A stretch of DNA of 64,000 nucleotides from Anaeramoeba ignava BMAN (GCA_028826165.1 JAPDFW010000080.1:310001-374000), one strand, 5' to 3'; counted from the stretch's first letter, positions 12,713 to 24,178 are shown. Translations and numbers: made by a program. The notes: generated from the letters alone by a model not told the origin.

Positions 12713-14476
12713 TTAATTATTAAATTTGTTAATTAATAAATCCAATAAATTTGGATATGTTTGATTTAATTGAAAATAATCAATTGCTCTTACAATTTCA
12801 GGTATTATTTCACCTATAATTTCAATATCTTCTTTAAGTTGATTTGAATAAATCCAATATTCAAATATTTGAAATGATTTATTACTTAATTCACTATAAT
12901 CTGTAACTTTATTAGATTTATCTTCTGTTACAGATAAAAACATTCCTCGATATAATTCACTTCTCATTATTAATATTAATTTAGGAAATTTATATTGTTT
13001 TTCTTTTCTTTCAATAATAAAATCTTTTTCATTTTCATTTAAATAAATTCTTTTCATTGTTTCTTCTATTTTTTCATTGGAATTTATAATTTCTTTAATT
13101 TCAGAATATAATTTTGGATTTATTTTGGAATTATTTGAATAAATCATTTCAAATATTTGATTTGATTCTTTAATTGATTTTTTTGAAATAATTTCTTGAA
13201 GTTTTTCAATTTGATTTTGATTTTGATTTAATCTATATTTCAATATTAATTTATGAGCTTCAATTATTTCTCCATTTTCTGTTTTAAATGAAATATTACA
13301 AAATTCTTTTCTTCCAAATAATTTTATCAAATCTTCTTCAAGATTGGAAAAAGAAGGAGGAGAATAATAAATAAATGAATTGTTAAATCCACAAGAAATA
13401 TGATAATTAGAAATATCTTCATTAAATCTTAATTTAGGAAGTTCAATTTTATTTGGATTTTTATGTAACATTAGATTATCAGTTCCTAATTGACCTGAAG
13501 AATTGATTCCAAATCCAATCATTTTATTGTTTGTTGTTAAAATCAAAGTATGATTGAATCCAACAGAAATTTCAAGAATATCATTATCATTTTCAAATAA
13601 AGGTAAATTCAACTCAGTAAATTTATTTATTTGTTTTTGATGTCCATTATATAAAAAAAACCCACTTGAATAAAGTTTTCTTTTTGGATTTTCATTTTGA
13701 TTTTGATTTTCAATCAACATTATTGAATGGAAATTTCCACATTGAATATCAATTATTTTACCTTTTGGAATATTTTGGATTTTGGTTAATGTTTGGATTT
13801 TTGTTTCATCTTTTGTTGTTTCTCCTAATCCAAGTTGAGCATGTTTATTAAAACCACATCCAAATAATTCTTGATTTGAATTTAAAAGAAAAACAAACTT
13901 GGAGGCATTTCCTGAAAATATTTTAGAAACATTTTTCATCATTAAAATTGGTTTTTTTGCTTTTTTAAGTGTTTTAGAATCAAAACCAAGTTGATTAGAA
14001 AGATTTGAACCAATTCCATAAACATTTTGATTTGAAGTTAATAAATAAATTGAACTATCTCCAGAAACAATATCTTGAATTATTCTATCATTTGAATCTT
14101 CAATTAATGATGAAATATTAATAAATTCTTTTTTATTTTTTGGATTAATATCTTCTCCTTTGGCAAATACATTTCCTTCTATTGTTAAAATAGCTTCATT
14201 TTCCCAACCAACAGTTACTTTTTGAATATTTTCTTCAATTTGGATTTTTTCAGGATTTTGATTTGAATCATTTTCATTTAAATATTCTATTGCTTTTCCA
14301 TTTTTAAAAAGAAAAATTGTTCCAAAATCACTTGTTGAAATTTGTTTAATTTGTTTTTCATTTTCATTTTCATTTTCATTTTCAAATTTAAATTGAATTG
14401 GTTTTATTATTTTATCTGGTTCATTTTTGATAAGTTTTGGTAATTCATTTGAACCAAAAAATAAACAATCATTCAT
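12713..14476 (-). CDS. RCC1-repeat + tandem BTB protein (copy A)
   Basis: Intronless 587-aa ORF with RCC1 repeats (GxNxxxQLG, CGxxHS) and C-terminal BTB-like units (FCNISF..AHKLIL; [16 protein letters not shown]). Confidence 0.9.
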   Translation of the reverse strand: MNDCLFFGSNELPKLIKNEPDKIIKPIQFKFENENENENEKQIKQISTSDFGTIFLFKNGKAIEYLNENDSNQNPEKIQIEENIQKVTVGWENEAILTIEGNVFAKGEDINPKNKKEFINISSLIEDSNDRIIQDIVSGDSSIYLLTSNQNVYGIGSNLSNQLGFDSKTLKKAKKPILMMKNVSKIFSGNASKFVFLLNSNQELFGCGFNKHAQLGLGETTKDETKIQTLTKIQNIPKGKIIDIQCGNFHSIMLIENQNQNENPKRKLYSSGFFLYNGHQKQINKFTELNLPLFENDNDILEISVGFNHTLILTTNNKMIGFGINSSGQLGTDNLMLHKNPNKIELPKLRFNEDISNYHISCGFNNSFIYYSPPSFSNLEEDLIKLFGRKEFCNISFKTENGEIIEAHKLILKYRLNQNQNQIEKLQEIISKKSIKESNQIFEMIYSNNSKINPKLYSEIKEIINSNEKIEETMKRIYLNENEKDFIIERKEKQYKFPKLILIMRSELYRGMFLSVTEDKSNKVTDYSELSNKSFQIFEYWIYSNQLKEDIEIIGEIIPEIVRAIDYFQLNQTYPNLLDLLINKFNN

Positions 14477-14557
14477 TTTTGAAAAGAAAAAAATGAAAAA
14501 AATAATTTTGAAATTTTAAATTTTGATTTTGATTTTAATTTCAATTTAATTTTAATT

Positions 14558-16336
14558 TTAATTTTGATTTTGATTATTAAATTTATTAATTAATAAATCA
14601 AATAAATTTGGATTTGTTTGATTTAATTGAAAATAATCAATTCCAATTTGAATTTCATTAATGATTTCTTGTGTAATTTGAATTTCATCTTTAATTTGAT
14701 TTGAATAAATCCAATATTCAAATATTTGAAATGATTTATTACTTAATTCACTATAATCTGTAACTTTATTTGATTTATCTTCTGTTACAGATAAAAACAT
14801 TCCTCGATATAATTCACTTCTCATTATTAATATTAATTTTGGAAATTTATATTGTTTTTCTTTTCTTTCAATTATAAAATCATTTTCATTTTCATTTAAA
14901 TAAATTCTTTTCATTGTTTCTTCAATTTTTTCATTTGAATTTATAATTTCTTTAATTTCAGAATATAATTTTGGATTTATTATTCTATTTGAATAAATCA
15001 TTTCAAATATTTGATTTGATTCTTTAATTGATTTTTTTGAAATAATTTGTTGAAGTTTTTCAATTTGATTTTGATTTTGATTTAATCTATATTTCAATAT
15101 TAATTTATGAGCTTTAATTATTTCTCCATTTTTGGTTTTAAATGAAATATCACAAAATTCTTTTCTTCTAAATAATTTTATCAAATCTTCTTCAAGATTG
15201 GAAAAAGAAGGAGAATAATAATAAAGAAATGAATTTTGATATCCACAAGAAACATGATAATTGGAAATATTTTCATTAAATCTTAATTTGGGAAGTTCAA
15301 TTTGAATAGGGATTGATTGATTTTTTGTATCTCCAGTTCCTAATTGACCATAAGAATTACTTCCAAATGCTATTAGTTTTGAATTAGATGTTAAAATCAA
15401 ATTATGCTTATATCCACAAGAAAATTCAAGAATATTATCATCATTTTCAAATAAAGGTGATTTGATTTCAGTAAATTCATAAGTATTTTCATATTTGCCA
15501 AGTCCATTTAAAGTATAGGCACCACATGAATAAAGTTTTCTTTTTGGATTTTCATTTTCATTTTCATTTTCAATCAACATTATTGAATGAAATATTCCAC
15601 ATTGAATATTAATTATTTTACCTTTTGGAATATTTTGGATTTTGGTTAATTTTTGGATATATGTTTCTTTTCTTCTTGTTTCTCCTAATCCAAGTTGACC
15701 ATATTGATTATTTCCGCATCCAAATAATTCTTGATTTGAATTTAAAAGAAAAACATGAGTTGAAGAATTTCCTGAAAATATTCTAGAAACATTTTTCATC
15801 ATTAAAATTGGTTTTTCTGTTTTTTTAAGTGTTTCAAAATCATAACCAAGTTGGCCATTAACATTTAAGCCAATTCCATAAGCATTTTGATTTGAAGTTA
15901 ATAAATAAATTGAACTGAATCCAGAAACAATATCTTCGATTATTCTATCATTTGTATCTTCAATTAATGATGAAATATTGATAAATTCTTTTGGATTTTT
16001 TGGATTAATATCTCTTCCTTTTGCAAATACATTTCCTTCTATTGTTAAAATAGCTTCATTTCCCCAACCAACAGATACTTTTTGAATATTTTCTTCAATT
16101 TGGATTTTTTCAGGATTTTGATTTGAATCATTTTCATTTAAATATTCTATTGCTTTTCCATTTTTAAAAAGGAAAATTGTTCCAAAATCTCCTGTTGGAA
16201 TTTGTTTAATTTGTTTTTCATTTTCATTTTCATTTTCATTTTCAAATTTAAATTTAATTGGTTTTCTTATTTCAAATAATTCATTTTTTAAAAGCTTTGG
16301 TGCATAATTTAAACCAAAAAATAAACAATCATTCAT
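14558..16336 (-). CDS. RCC1-repeat + tandem BTB protein (copy B)
   Basis: 592-aa ORF; tandem paralog of 12713-14476. Confidence 0.9.
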   Translation of the reverse strand: MNDCLFFGLNYAPKLLKNELFEIRKPIKFKFENENENENEKQIKQIPTGDFGTIFLFKNGKAIEYLNENDSNQNPEKIQIEENIQKVSVGWGNEAILTIEGNVFAKGRDINPKNPKEFINISSLIEDTNDRIIEDIVSGFSSIYLLTSNQNAYGIGLNVNGQLGYDFETLKKTEKPILMMKNVSRIFSGNSSTHVFLLNSNQELFGCGNNQYGQLGLGETRRKETYIQKLTKIQNIPKGKIINIQCGIFHSIMLIENENENENPKRKLYSCGAYTLNGLGKYENTYEFTEIKSPLFENDDNILEFSCGYKHNLILTSNSKLIAFGSNSYGQLGTGDTKNQSIPIQIELPKLRFNENISNYHVSCGYQNSFLYYYSPSFSNLEEDLIKLFRRKEFCDISFKTKNGEIIKAHKLILKYRLNQNQNQIEKLQQIISKKSIKESNQIFEMIYSNRIINPKLYSEIKEIINSNEKIEETMKRIYLNENENDFIIERKEKQYKFPKLILIMRSELYRGMFLSVTEDKSNKVTDYSELSNKSFQIFEYWIYSNQIKDEIQITQEIINEIQIGIDYFQLNQTNPNLFDLLINKFNNQNQN

Positions 16337-16371
16337 TTTTAAAAAGAAAAAAAATGAAAAAATAAATAATT

Positions 16372-17393
16372 TTAATTTTCTTTTTTTTTTTGAAGATGTT
16401 TGGGAGAAAGTAATTCTTTTGAAGAAGAATAAGAAGTTGATGAAGAATAAAGATCTTCTTTTTCTTCTGGAAGAACATATAGTTTTGCCAGATCTGGATT
16501 TAAAATAGTTGACAAAACTTGATTTGAAATTTGAATAATTTCCAATTTAGAATAACCAGATAATTTTGATAATATTTTGACCAATTTTGGATTAAAAATA
16601 TTTAAAATCAATGATGCAGCTGTAATGATTGAAGCACCAATTAGAGAATATTTTGTTTGACATAACATTACCAACAATGTTTTGTGACAGAATATCAGGT
16701 TGTTAATATCAACACAAAGTTGAAAAAAATCATTTTCTTTTACAAAATCAAATTTCAAACAATAAAGAAATATTTCAATAAAATCTAATGGAATTAAAAT
16801 ATTCACTTTAAAAGAAAGAGTAGTTAATATTTTAAGCTCGGAATCTTCAATTTGTTTTTTTGTAAAAGAGAATACTGAAGCATTTTGAATTTCTTCAATT
16901 TTCAAAAAATCAACATCATTCCTCTTTTTAATATTTTTTTTTTTGATCCACAAAAAAAGAAATGGAAAAAAATTTTGATTTGTTTTTACTTTTTTGGATT
17001 TGGATAAAATTTTTTTGGTTTTTTTCATACTTTGCTTGCTATTTGAAGACAAGATAAACTTCTTAAGCAAATCCAAACTGGACTTATATTTTCAACTTCA
17101 ACAATTTCTCCTTGAAAATATTTCCTCAAGTAATAAATTAATAAAATTAAAGCAATATGTGTTGTTTTTGTTTCTAGATTTTTTTTTCTTGAAAATATTT
17201 GAATAAATTCAATAATTTTTTTTGTTGGAAGAATAATTGGTTGTTCAGCTAAATAATCTTCAACAATTTTATTAAATTCTACAAAAAATAATTCTTCTTG
17301 ATTTTTTAAATTTTCAAGTAATTGATTCATTTCTAATCCATTGAAACTTGTGTTAAATTTTATTTTTTTTCTAAAATCACTTTCACTTTCCAT
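16372..17393 (-). CDS. Cyclin-fold protein, CNTD1/COSA-1-like
   Basis: Exons 17393-17031 and 16923-16372 (GTATGA..AAG). Spliced cyclin box LRSLSCLQIASKRNDVD..FTKKQIEDSELKILTTLSFKVNILIPLDFIE; no MRAIL motif. Confidence 0.65.
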
Positions 17394-17690
17394 TTAGATT
17401 CCAAAAAAAAAGAAATGATTTGAATAAAAAGAAAAAAATGAAAAAAAAAATTTTTTTTTGATCTTTTTTTTAAATTGATCCAAAAACAATTTTTTATTTG
17501 AAATTTTCCTGAAAACAAAAAAAAAATTGAAGATTGGGAATTTAAAAGAAAAATTTTGATCAAATAAACAAAATCTTTTTTTGATCTTGTTTTGTTTTGT
17601 TTTCAAAATTGTTAATGTCAAAAAAAAAAATAAAAAAAATATTGTTTCAAAATTCATTTTTTTTCTTTTCAAACTAACAAAAATTTAAAC

Positions 17691-20201
17691 ATGATAATAA
17701 TTCATTTACAAAAAATTAAAGGAATTGAACAATTAATCAACTCAAAAGAAACTAATTTTTTTCTTCAAATCGAAGCACTTTTTCAATCTCAAATTTTTTA
17801 TTCACAAGAAATTGAAATTGAAAACAATAAAAAAGAGCAATTATTAGATATTCTTTTTCAATTTAAGGAGAAAAATCAAAAATTAAATTCAAAAGAAAAA
17901 ATAAAATTATCTTTTTTCTTCAAAAATGAATCAAAAAATGAAGAAAATTCAAATTATCAAAAATTTGGAAAAATTAAAATTCCATTTAAAAAATTTATTC
18001 AAACAAAACAAAATCAACAATTTTATTCAATTAATATTTCTAATAAATTGAAAGAATTTCTAAATTCAATTGAAGTACAAATTTTAACAAGAATTCAATT
18101 TGGAAATCAAAATCAAAATCAAAATCAATTTGAAAATGAAAATCAATTTGAAAATCAATTTGAAAATCAAAATGAAAATGGAAATCAATTTGAAAATCAA
18201 AATCAAAATCAATTTGAAAATCAATTTGAAAATCAATTTGAAAATCAATTTGAAAATCAATTTGAAAATCAATTTGAAAATCAATTTGAAAATCAATTTG
18301 AAAATCAATTTGAAAATCAATTTGGAAATCAATTTGGAAATAAATTTGAAAATCAAAATCAAAATCAAAATCAAAATCAAAATCAATTTGAAAATGAAAA
18401 TCAAAATCAAAATCAATTTGGAAATAAATTTGAAAATCAAAATAAAAATCAATTTGAAAATCAAAATCAAAATCAAAATCAAAATCAAAATCAAAATCAA
18501 AATCAAAATCAAAATCAAAATCAATTTGAAAATGAAAATCAATTTGGAAATGAAAATCAAAATCAAAATCAAAATCAAAATCAAAATCAAAATCAAAATC
18601 AATTTGAAAATCAAAATCAAAATCAAAATCAATTTGGAAATGAAAATCAAAATCAAAATCAAAATCAAAATCAAAATCAAAATCAAAATCAAAATCAAAA
18701 TCAAAATCAAAATCAAAATGAAAATCAATTTGAAAATCAAAATCAAAATCAATTTGGAAATGAAAATCAAAATCAAAATCAAAATCAAAATCAAAATCAA
18801 AATCAAAATCAAAATCAAAATCAAAATCAAAATCAAAATCAAAATCAAAATCAAAATCAAAATCAAAATCAAAATCAAAATCAATTTGGAAATCAATTTG
18901 AAAATCTAGATAAAATGGAAATAATTCTTCACTTCAAAAATATTCAAAAATTTATATCAAATGATTATAAAAAATTCAAATTAAAATATGAACTCAAAAT
19001 TCTTGATACAATCAAATCTGTGAAAATTGGAAAAATTCATTTATTAAATCCTCACAAAACAGAAATCTCAAATGAAAACTCAAGAAGAAAATTTGAATTT
19101 TTAATTCCAAAAAATGAATTGATGATAAACATTTTTAAAAAATCTCAATTACTTATTTTTCTTTCAGATTCTCAAAATCAAAATTTTGCCATTTCAACTG
19201 TTGTTCTCAAAGATTTTTTTTTCCAAAAAAATCAAAAATCAATTTATTCAAATCAAAAAATGATTCAATGTTTTAGTTTCAATTATGAAAATGAAGAATT
19301 AAAAAGAATTTGTTGGATTGAAATCGAAATTATTGTTAAAAGAAATAATCAATTTATAAATAATCTTCAAAATGCAAATAAAGAAAAAAGGTTCTTTTTG
19401 CAAAATAATTTTTCCAAATTGAAAAAACTTCAAAACAATGAAGAAAAACGAAATGAGATTCATTTTAAAAATATTTGGGAATTAGAAATTTGGAAAATCA
19501 ATCAAAAAATTCATTTTTATAAAGATTTCAAACAAAAAGAACAATTCTTTCTCAAAAAAATCCAAAATGAATGGAATTTTCTTCAAAATCAAGAACTTGA
19601 AGAAATTCAATCAAATTATAATCATTTAATTATTTCAAGAGATTTAATCAAACAAAAATTAAAAGAAATTAATCAACAAATTATTACATTTAAAAAAATC
19701 CATCAAAATATTCAAACCAAAAAAGAAATTAAAATCAAAAAATGCCAAGAAATCATTCAAAAAAAGTTAGATAATTTCCAAAAAGAAATTAATGAATTGA
19801 AAATCAATTCAATAGATTATCAAAAAAAAGAAAAAATCTCTTCCAAAAATTTACAAATTTTAGAAAATCAAGAAAAAGATTTGATTGAAAAAATTAATCA
19901 ATTCCAAAAAGAAAATCAATTCCAAAAAGATTCACTTGAAAATTTAAGAACAGAAAACGATTCATTAATAGAAAATTTAGAAGAAATTGAAAAAGAAAAA
20001 AAGGAAATTCAATCAAAAATTGAAATGAAAAAATTGAGAATTCAAGAAATCAAATTGAAAACAAAAAAGGAACAAGAAAAAGAACAAGTTGAATTTGAAA
20101 TTAAAAAAGAAATTGGCAAATTAAATCAAATTAGAAAAGAAAATAATTTTGAATCCAATTTTTCAATATTGAAAGAAATGTTTAATGATTTAAAAAAATA
20201 A
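17691..20201 (+). CDS. CEP120-like protein: C2-like domains, long Asn/Gln repeat, coiled coil
   Basis: 836-aa ORF. WELEIWK..FKQKEQFFLKKIQNEW resembles the CEP120 LELEMWK..LKQKE..EEW segment; beta-rich C2-like regions flank ~270 aa of NQ/NQFE repeat. Confidence 0.55.
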   Translation: MIIIHLQKIKGIEQLINSKETNFFLQIEALFQSQIFYSQEIEIENNKKEQLLDILFQFKEKNQKLNSKEKIKLSFFFKNESKNEENSNYQKFGKIKIPFKKFIQTKQNQQFYSINISNKLKEFLNSIEVQILTRIQFGNQNQNQNQFENENQFENQFENQNENGNQFENQNQNQFENQFENQFENQFENQFENQFENQFENQFENQFENQFGNQFGNKFENQNQNQNQNQNQFENENQNQNQFGNKFENQNKNQFENQNQNQNQNQNQNQNQNQNQNQFENENQFGNENQNQNQNQNQNQNQNQFENQNQNQNQFGNENQNQNQNQNQNQNQNQNQNQNQNQNENQFENQNQNQFGNENQNQNQNQNQNQNQNQNQNQNQNQNQNQNQNQNQNQNQNQFGNQFENLDKMEIILHFKNIQKFISNDYKKFKLKYELKILDTIKSVKIGKIHLLNPHKTEISNENSRRKFEFLIPKNELMINIFKKSQLLIFLSDSQNQNFAISTVVLKDFFFQKNQKSIYSNQKMIQCFSFNYENEELKRICWIEIEIIVKRNNQFINNLQNANKEKRFFLQNNFSKLKKLQNNEEKRNEIHFKNIWELEIWKINQKIHFYKDFKQKEQFFLKKIQNEWNFLQNQELEEIQSNYNHLIISRDLIKQKLKEINQQIITFKKIHQNIQTKKEIKIKKCQEIIQKKLDNFQKEINELKINSIDYQKKEKISSKNLQILENQEKDLIEKINQFQKENQFQKDSLENLRTENDSLIENLEEIEKEKKEIQSKIEMKKLRIQEIKLKTKKEQEKEQVEFEIKKEIGKLNQIRKENNFESNFSILKEMFNDLKK

Positions 20202-20251
20202 TTTTTCATTTTTAATTTTTCATTTTTTTCTTTTTAAAACTTTTATATAAA

Positions 20252-21738
20252 ATGAAAAATTATTTAAATTTAGAAAAACTTTCAAATGATTTAAAAAATT
20301 TATTTCAAAATCAAAATCAAAATCAAAATCAAAATGAAAGTTATTTTGATTTTGAAATAATTTGTGAGCAAAATGAAATTTCATTTAAAACTCATAAATC
20401 AATTCTTTCTTCGAGAAGTCATTATTTTAAATCTCTTTTTAAATCTAAAATGAAAGAATATCAAGAAAATAAATTAATTCTAAAAGATGTTTCAAGTTCA
20501 ATTCTATTTCCAATTTTGAATTATTTTTATTCAGGAAAGATTGAAATTAATTTAGAAAATGCAATTCAAATTTTAATTTTTTCATCAAAATATTTAATTG
20601 ATGAATTAATTGAAACTTGCTCAAAATTTATTAAAAAGAATTTTAAATTTGAAATTGCTGTTGATATTCTTAAATTATCTGAATCAATGAACTTAAATAA
20701 ATTATTAGATTATTCTTATCAATTTATTTTTGAAAATTTTAAAGAATTTATTAAAACTCCATTTTTTCTTGAACTTGAAGAAAATCATTTAAAATCAATA
20801 TTATTAAATGATGAAATTCCAACAAATGAATTTGAAACGTTTCAATCAATAATAAAATGGGGAAAACATAAATCAAATATTAATCAAGAAAAACTTGAAA
20901 AAGAAGAAAAAGAAAAATTACAAAATCAAATTTCAAATCTTATTGATAAAATAAGATTTATTGATTTTTCAAAACAAGAACTTAAAGATATTTTACAAGA
21001 AGAATTAATTCCAAATCAAATTTCACAAAAATTAATTCAATTCAAAAAACTTCAAAATGAACAAGAAAATGAAAAAAATTAAAAGAATTTATTGAAAAAG
21101 AAAATCAAAATTCATTCATTTTCAAACCAAGAATAAGATTAGGTTCAGAAATTGTTAAAGATCGAGAACATATCAAGAAATTAAAAGAATGGATAAATGA
21201 TAATGAATTCTTTTCCAAAATGAAAAAAGGATTTTCAGCAAAAAGAGATGGATTTGATTCTCAAAATTGGCATTCAATTTGTGATAATAAAGGAAAAACA
21301 TTAGTTATTATCAAAACAAAACAAAATTTTATTTTTGGAGGATTTACTTCAGTTGGATGGACAAATGATAAATCAAAGTGGAGAGAAGATGATAGAATCA
21401 TATTCAGAAGTGTTGGATTTATTTCAGATTCAAATGCATTTATTTTTTCATTAAGAAATGATAAAAATGATAGAAAATCAGAAAAATTTACAATTAAAAA
21501 AGGAAAAGAAGAATTTGCAATTTATTATGGTTTAGAAGAAGGTCCAACTTTTGGTAAATATGGAGATGGAGATGCTGAATTTTGTTTTTATGATAGTTTA
21601 CAAGGATATTATTCTAATTTTGGATATTGTTACAATCTTCCTAAAGGAATTAAATGGAATACAAATGAATCTAAAGATTATTTAGCTGGTTCTTATGATG
21701 ACTGGATTGTTGATGAACTTGAGACTTATTTCATTTAA
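20252..21738 (+). pseudogene. BTB-BACK-TLDc protein copy 1 with a 1-nt frameshift (pseudogene or sequencing error)
   Basis: Near-identical to 24556-26037 but has A7 instead of A8 at ~21072-21078, splitting it into ORFs 20252-21082 and 21220-21738. Confidence 0.7.
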
Positions 21739-21835
21739 TAACAAAATCAAAATAAATCAAAATTAAATTAATTATTTAAATAATGTAGTTTTAAAATTTA
21801 AAAATTAAATAAAATAAAATAATTAAATAATTAAA

Positions 21836-21915
21836 GCTCAGGTAGCTCAGTAGAGGGAAAAGAGCGAGTCAAATCAAAAACGACTTTGTCGCAGGTTCAA
21901 GTCCTGCCCTGAGCA
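21836..21915 (+). tRNA. tRNA-like gene with an aberrant anticodon arm (UCA at positions 34-36, 9-nt loop)
   Basis: Acceptor stem GCTCAGG/CCTGAGC plus A73, D stem GCTC/GAGC, T arm GCAGG-TTCAAGT-CCTGC, variable loop TTGTC, anticodon stem AGTC(A)/(C)GACT. It is a GC-rich island in otherwise ~90% AT DNA. Confidence 0.75.
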
Positions 21916-22023
21916 ATTTATTAATTTGATTATTAATTTGATTATTATTTTTATTCAAAAAGAAAAGAAAATTCGGACATTTTTGTTTTTGGATCAATTT
22001 TCTTTTTAATTTTGAATTTAATT

Positions 22024-22254
22024 TTAAAAAATCAGACATTTTTGTTTTTGTTTCTTATTTTCTTTTAATTCTTTTTCTTTCAATTCTTGTTCTTTTGATT
22101 CTTTTTCTTTTGATTTTTTTTCTTTTTGTTCTTGTTCTTTTGATTCTTGTTCTTTTAATTCTTTTTCTTTCAATTCTTTTTCTTTTAATTCTTTTTCTTT
22201 TAATTCTTTTTCTTTTAATTCTTTTTCTTTCAATTCTTTTTCTTTTAATTTTTT

Positions 22255-22286
<32 letters not shown>

Positions 22287-24084
22287 TTTCTTTCAATTCT
22301 TGTTCTTGTTGTTTCATTTGATTATTAAATTTGTTAATTAATAAATCCAATAAATTTGGATATGTTTGATTTAATTGAAAATAATCAATTGCTCTTACAA
22401 TTTCAGGTATTATTTCACCTATAATTTCAATATCTTCTTTAATTTGATTTGAATAAATCCAATATTCAAATATTTGAAATGATTTATTACTTAATTCACT
22501 ATAATCTGTAACTTTATTAGATTTATCTTCTGTTACAGATAAAAACATTCCTCGATATAATTCACTTCTCATTATTAATATTAATTTTGGAAATTTATAT
22601 TTCTTTTCTTTTCTTTCAATAATAAAATCTTTTTCATTTTCATTTAAATAAATTCTTTTCATTGTTTCTTCTATTTTTTCATTGGAATTTATAATTTCTT
22701 TAATTTCAGAATATAATTTTGGATTTATTTTAGAATTATTTGAATAAATCATTTCAAATATTTGATTTGATTCTTTAATTGATTTATTTGAAATAATTTG
22801 TTGAAGTTTTTCAATTTGATTTTGATTTTGATTTAATCTATATTTTAATATTAATTTATGAGCTGAAATTATTGAACCATTTTCTGTTTTAAATGAAATA
22901 TCACAAAATTCTTTTCTTCTAAATAATTTTATCAAATCTTCTTCAAGATTGGAAAAAGAAGGAGGAGAATAATAAATAAATGAATTGTTAAATCCACAAG
23001 AAATATGATAATTAGAAATATTTTCATTAAATCTTAATTTAGGAAGTTCAATTTTATTTGGATTTTTATGTAACATTAGATTATCAGTTCCTAATTGACC
23101 TGAAGAATTGATTCCAAATCCAATCATTTTATTGTTTGTTGTTAAAATTAAAGTATGATTGAATCCAACAGAAATTTCAAGAATATCATCATTATTTTCA
23201 AATAAAGGTAAATTCAACTCAGTAAATTTATTTATTTGTTTTTGATGTCCATTGTATAAAAAAAACCCACTTGAATAAAGTTTTCTTTTTAGATTTTCAT
23301 CTTCATTTTCAATCAACATTATTGAATGGAAATTTCCACATTGAATATCAATTATTTTACCTTTTGGAACATTTTGGATTTGGGTTAATGTTTGGATTTT
23401 TGTTTCATCTTTTGTTGTTTCTCCTAATCCAAGTTGACCATGTTTATTAAAACCACATCCAAATAATTCTTGATTTGAATTTAAAAGAAAAACAAACTTG
23501 GAGGCATTTCCTGAAAATATTTTAGAAACATTTTTCATCATTAAAATTGGTTTTTTTGCTTTTTTAAGTGTTTTAGAATCAAAACCAAGTTGAGAATCAT
23601 AATTTAAACCAATTCCATAAGCATTTTGATTTGAAGTTAATAAATAAATTGAACTATCTCCAGAAACAATATCTTGAATTATTCTATCATTTGAATCTTC
23701 AATTAATGATGAAATATTGATAAATTCATTTGGATTTTTTGGATTAATATCTTCTCCTTTGGCAAATACACTTCCTTCTATTGTTAAAATAGCTTCATTT
23801 CGAAAACCAGCAGTTACTTTTTGAATATTTTCAATTTGGATTTTTTGAGGATTTTGTTTTGAATCATTTTCATTTAAATATTCTATTGCTTTTCCATTTT
23901 TAAAAAGGAAAATTGTTCCAAAATCACTTGTTGAAATTTGTTTAATTTGTTTTTCATTTTCATTTTCATTTTCATTTTCATTTTCATTTTCAAATTTAAA
24001 TTGAATTGGTTTTATTATTTTATTTGGCTTATTTTTTAAAAGTTTTGGTTCTTCATTTGAACCAAAAAATATAATTTCATTCAT
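22024..24084 (-). CDS. RCC1-repeat + tandem BTB protein (copy A') with a Lys/Glu extension and CaaX (CLIF)
   Basis: 686-aa ORF nearly identical to copy A up to INKFNN, then ~95 aa of KEKEL repeats ending KQKCLIF. Confidence 0.9.
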
Positions 24085-24178
24085 TTTCGAAAAGAAAAAA
24101 ATGAAAAATAATTTTTGAAATTTTAATTTTGATTTTAATTTTAATTTTATTTTTAATTTTAATTTTAATTTTGAAATT

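Noticed and set aside
18075-18909. The NQ repeat of the CEP120-like gene as an intron (GTACAA..CTAG)
   Set aside because: Removing it shifts the frame into an immediate stop, whereas the unspliced ORF is open.
21060-21090. Programmed ribosomal frameshifting at single-base frame breaks (also ~34994, ~52008, ~53014, ~60185 and 28470-29000)
   Set aside because: All lie in or beside homopolymers or microsatellites, paralogs are intact, and no stimulatory structure is visible; sequencing error or recent pseudogenisation is simpler.
21836-21915. Selenocysteine tRNA or UGA codon reassignment
   Set aside because: No long variable arm or extended acceptor stem; TGA terminates many genes directly after conserved C-termini, and Trp is encoded by TGG.
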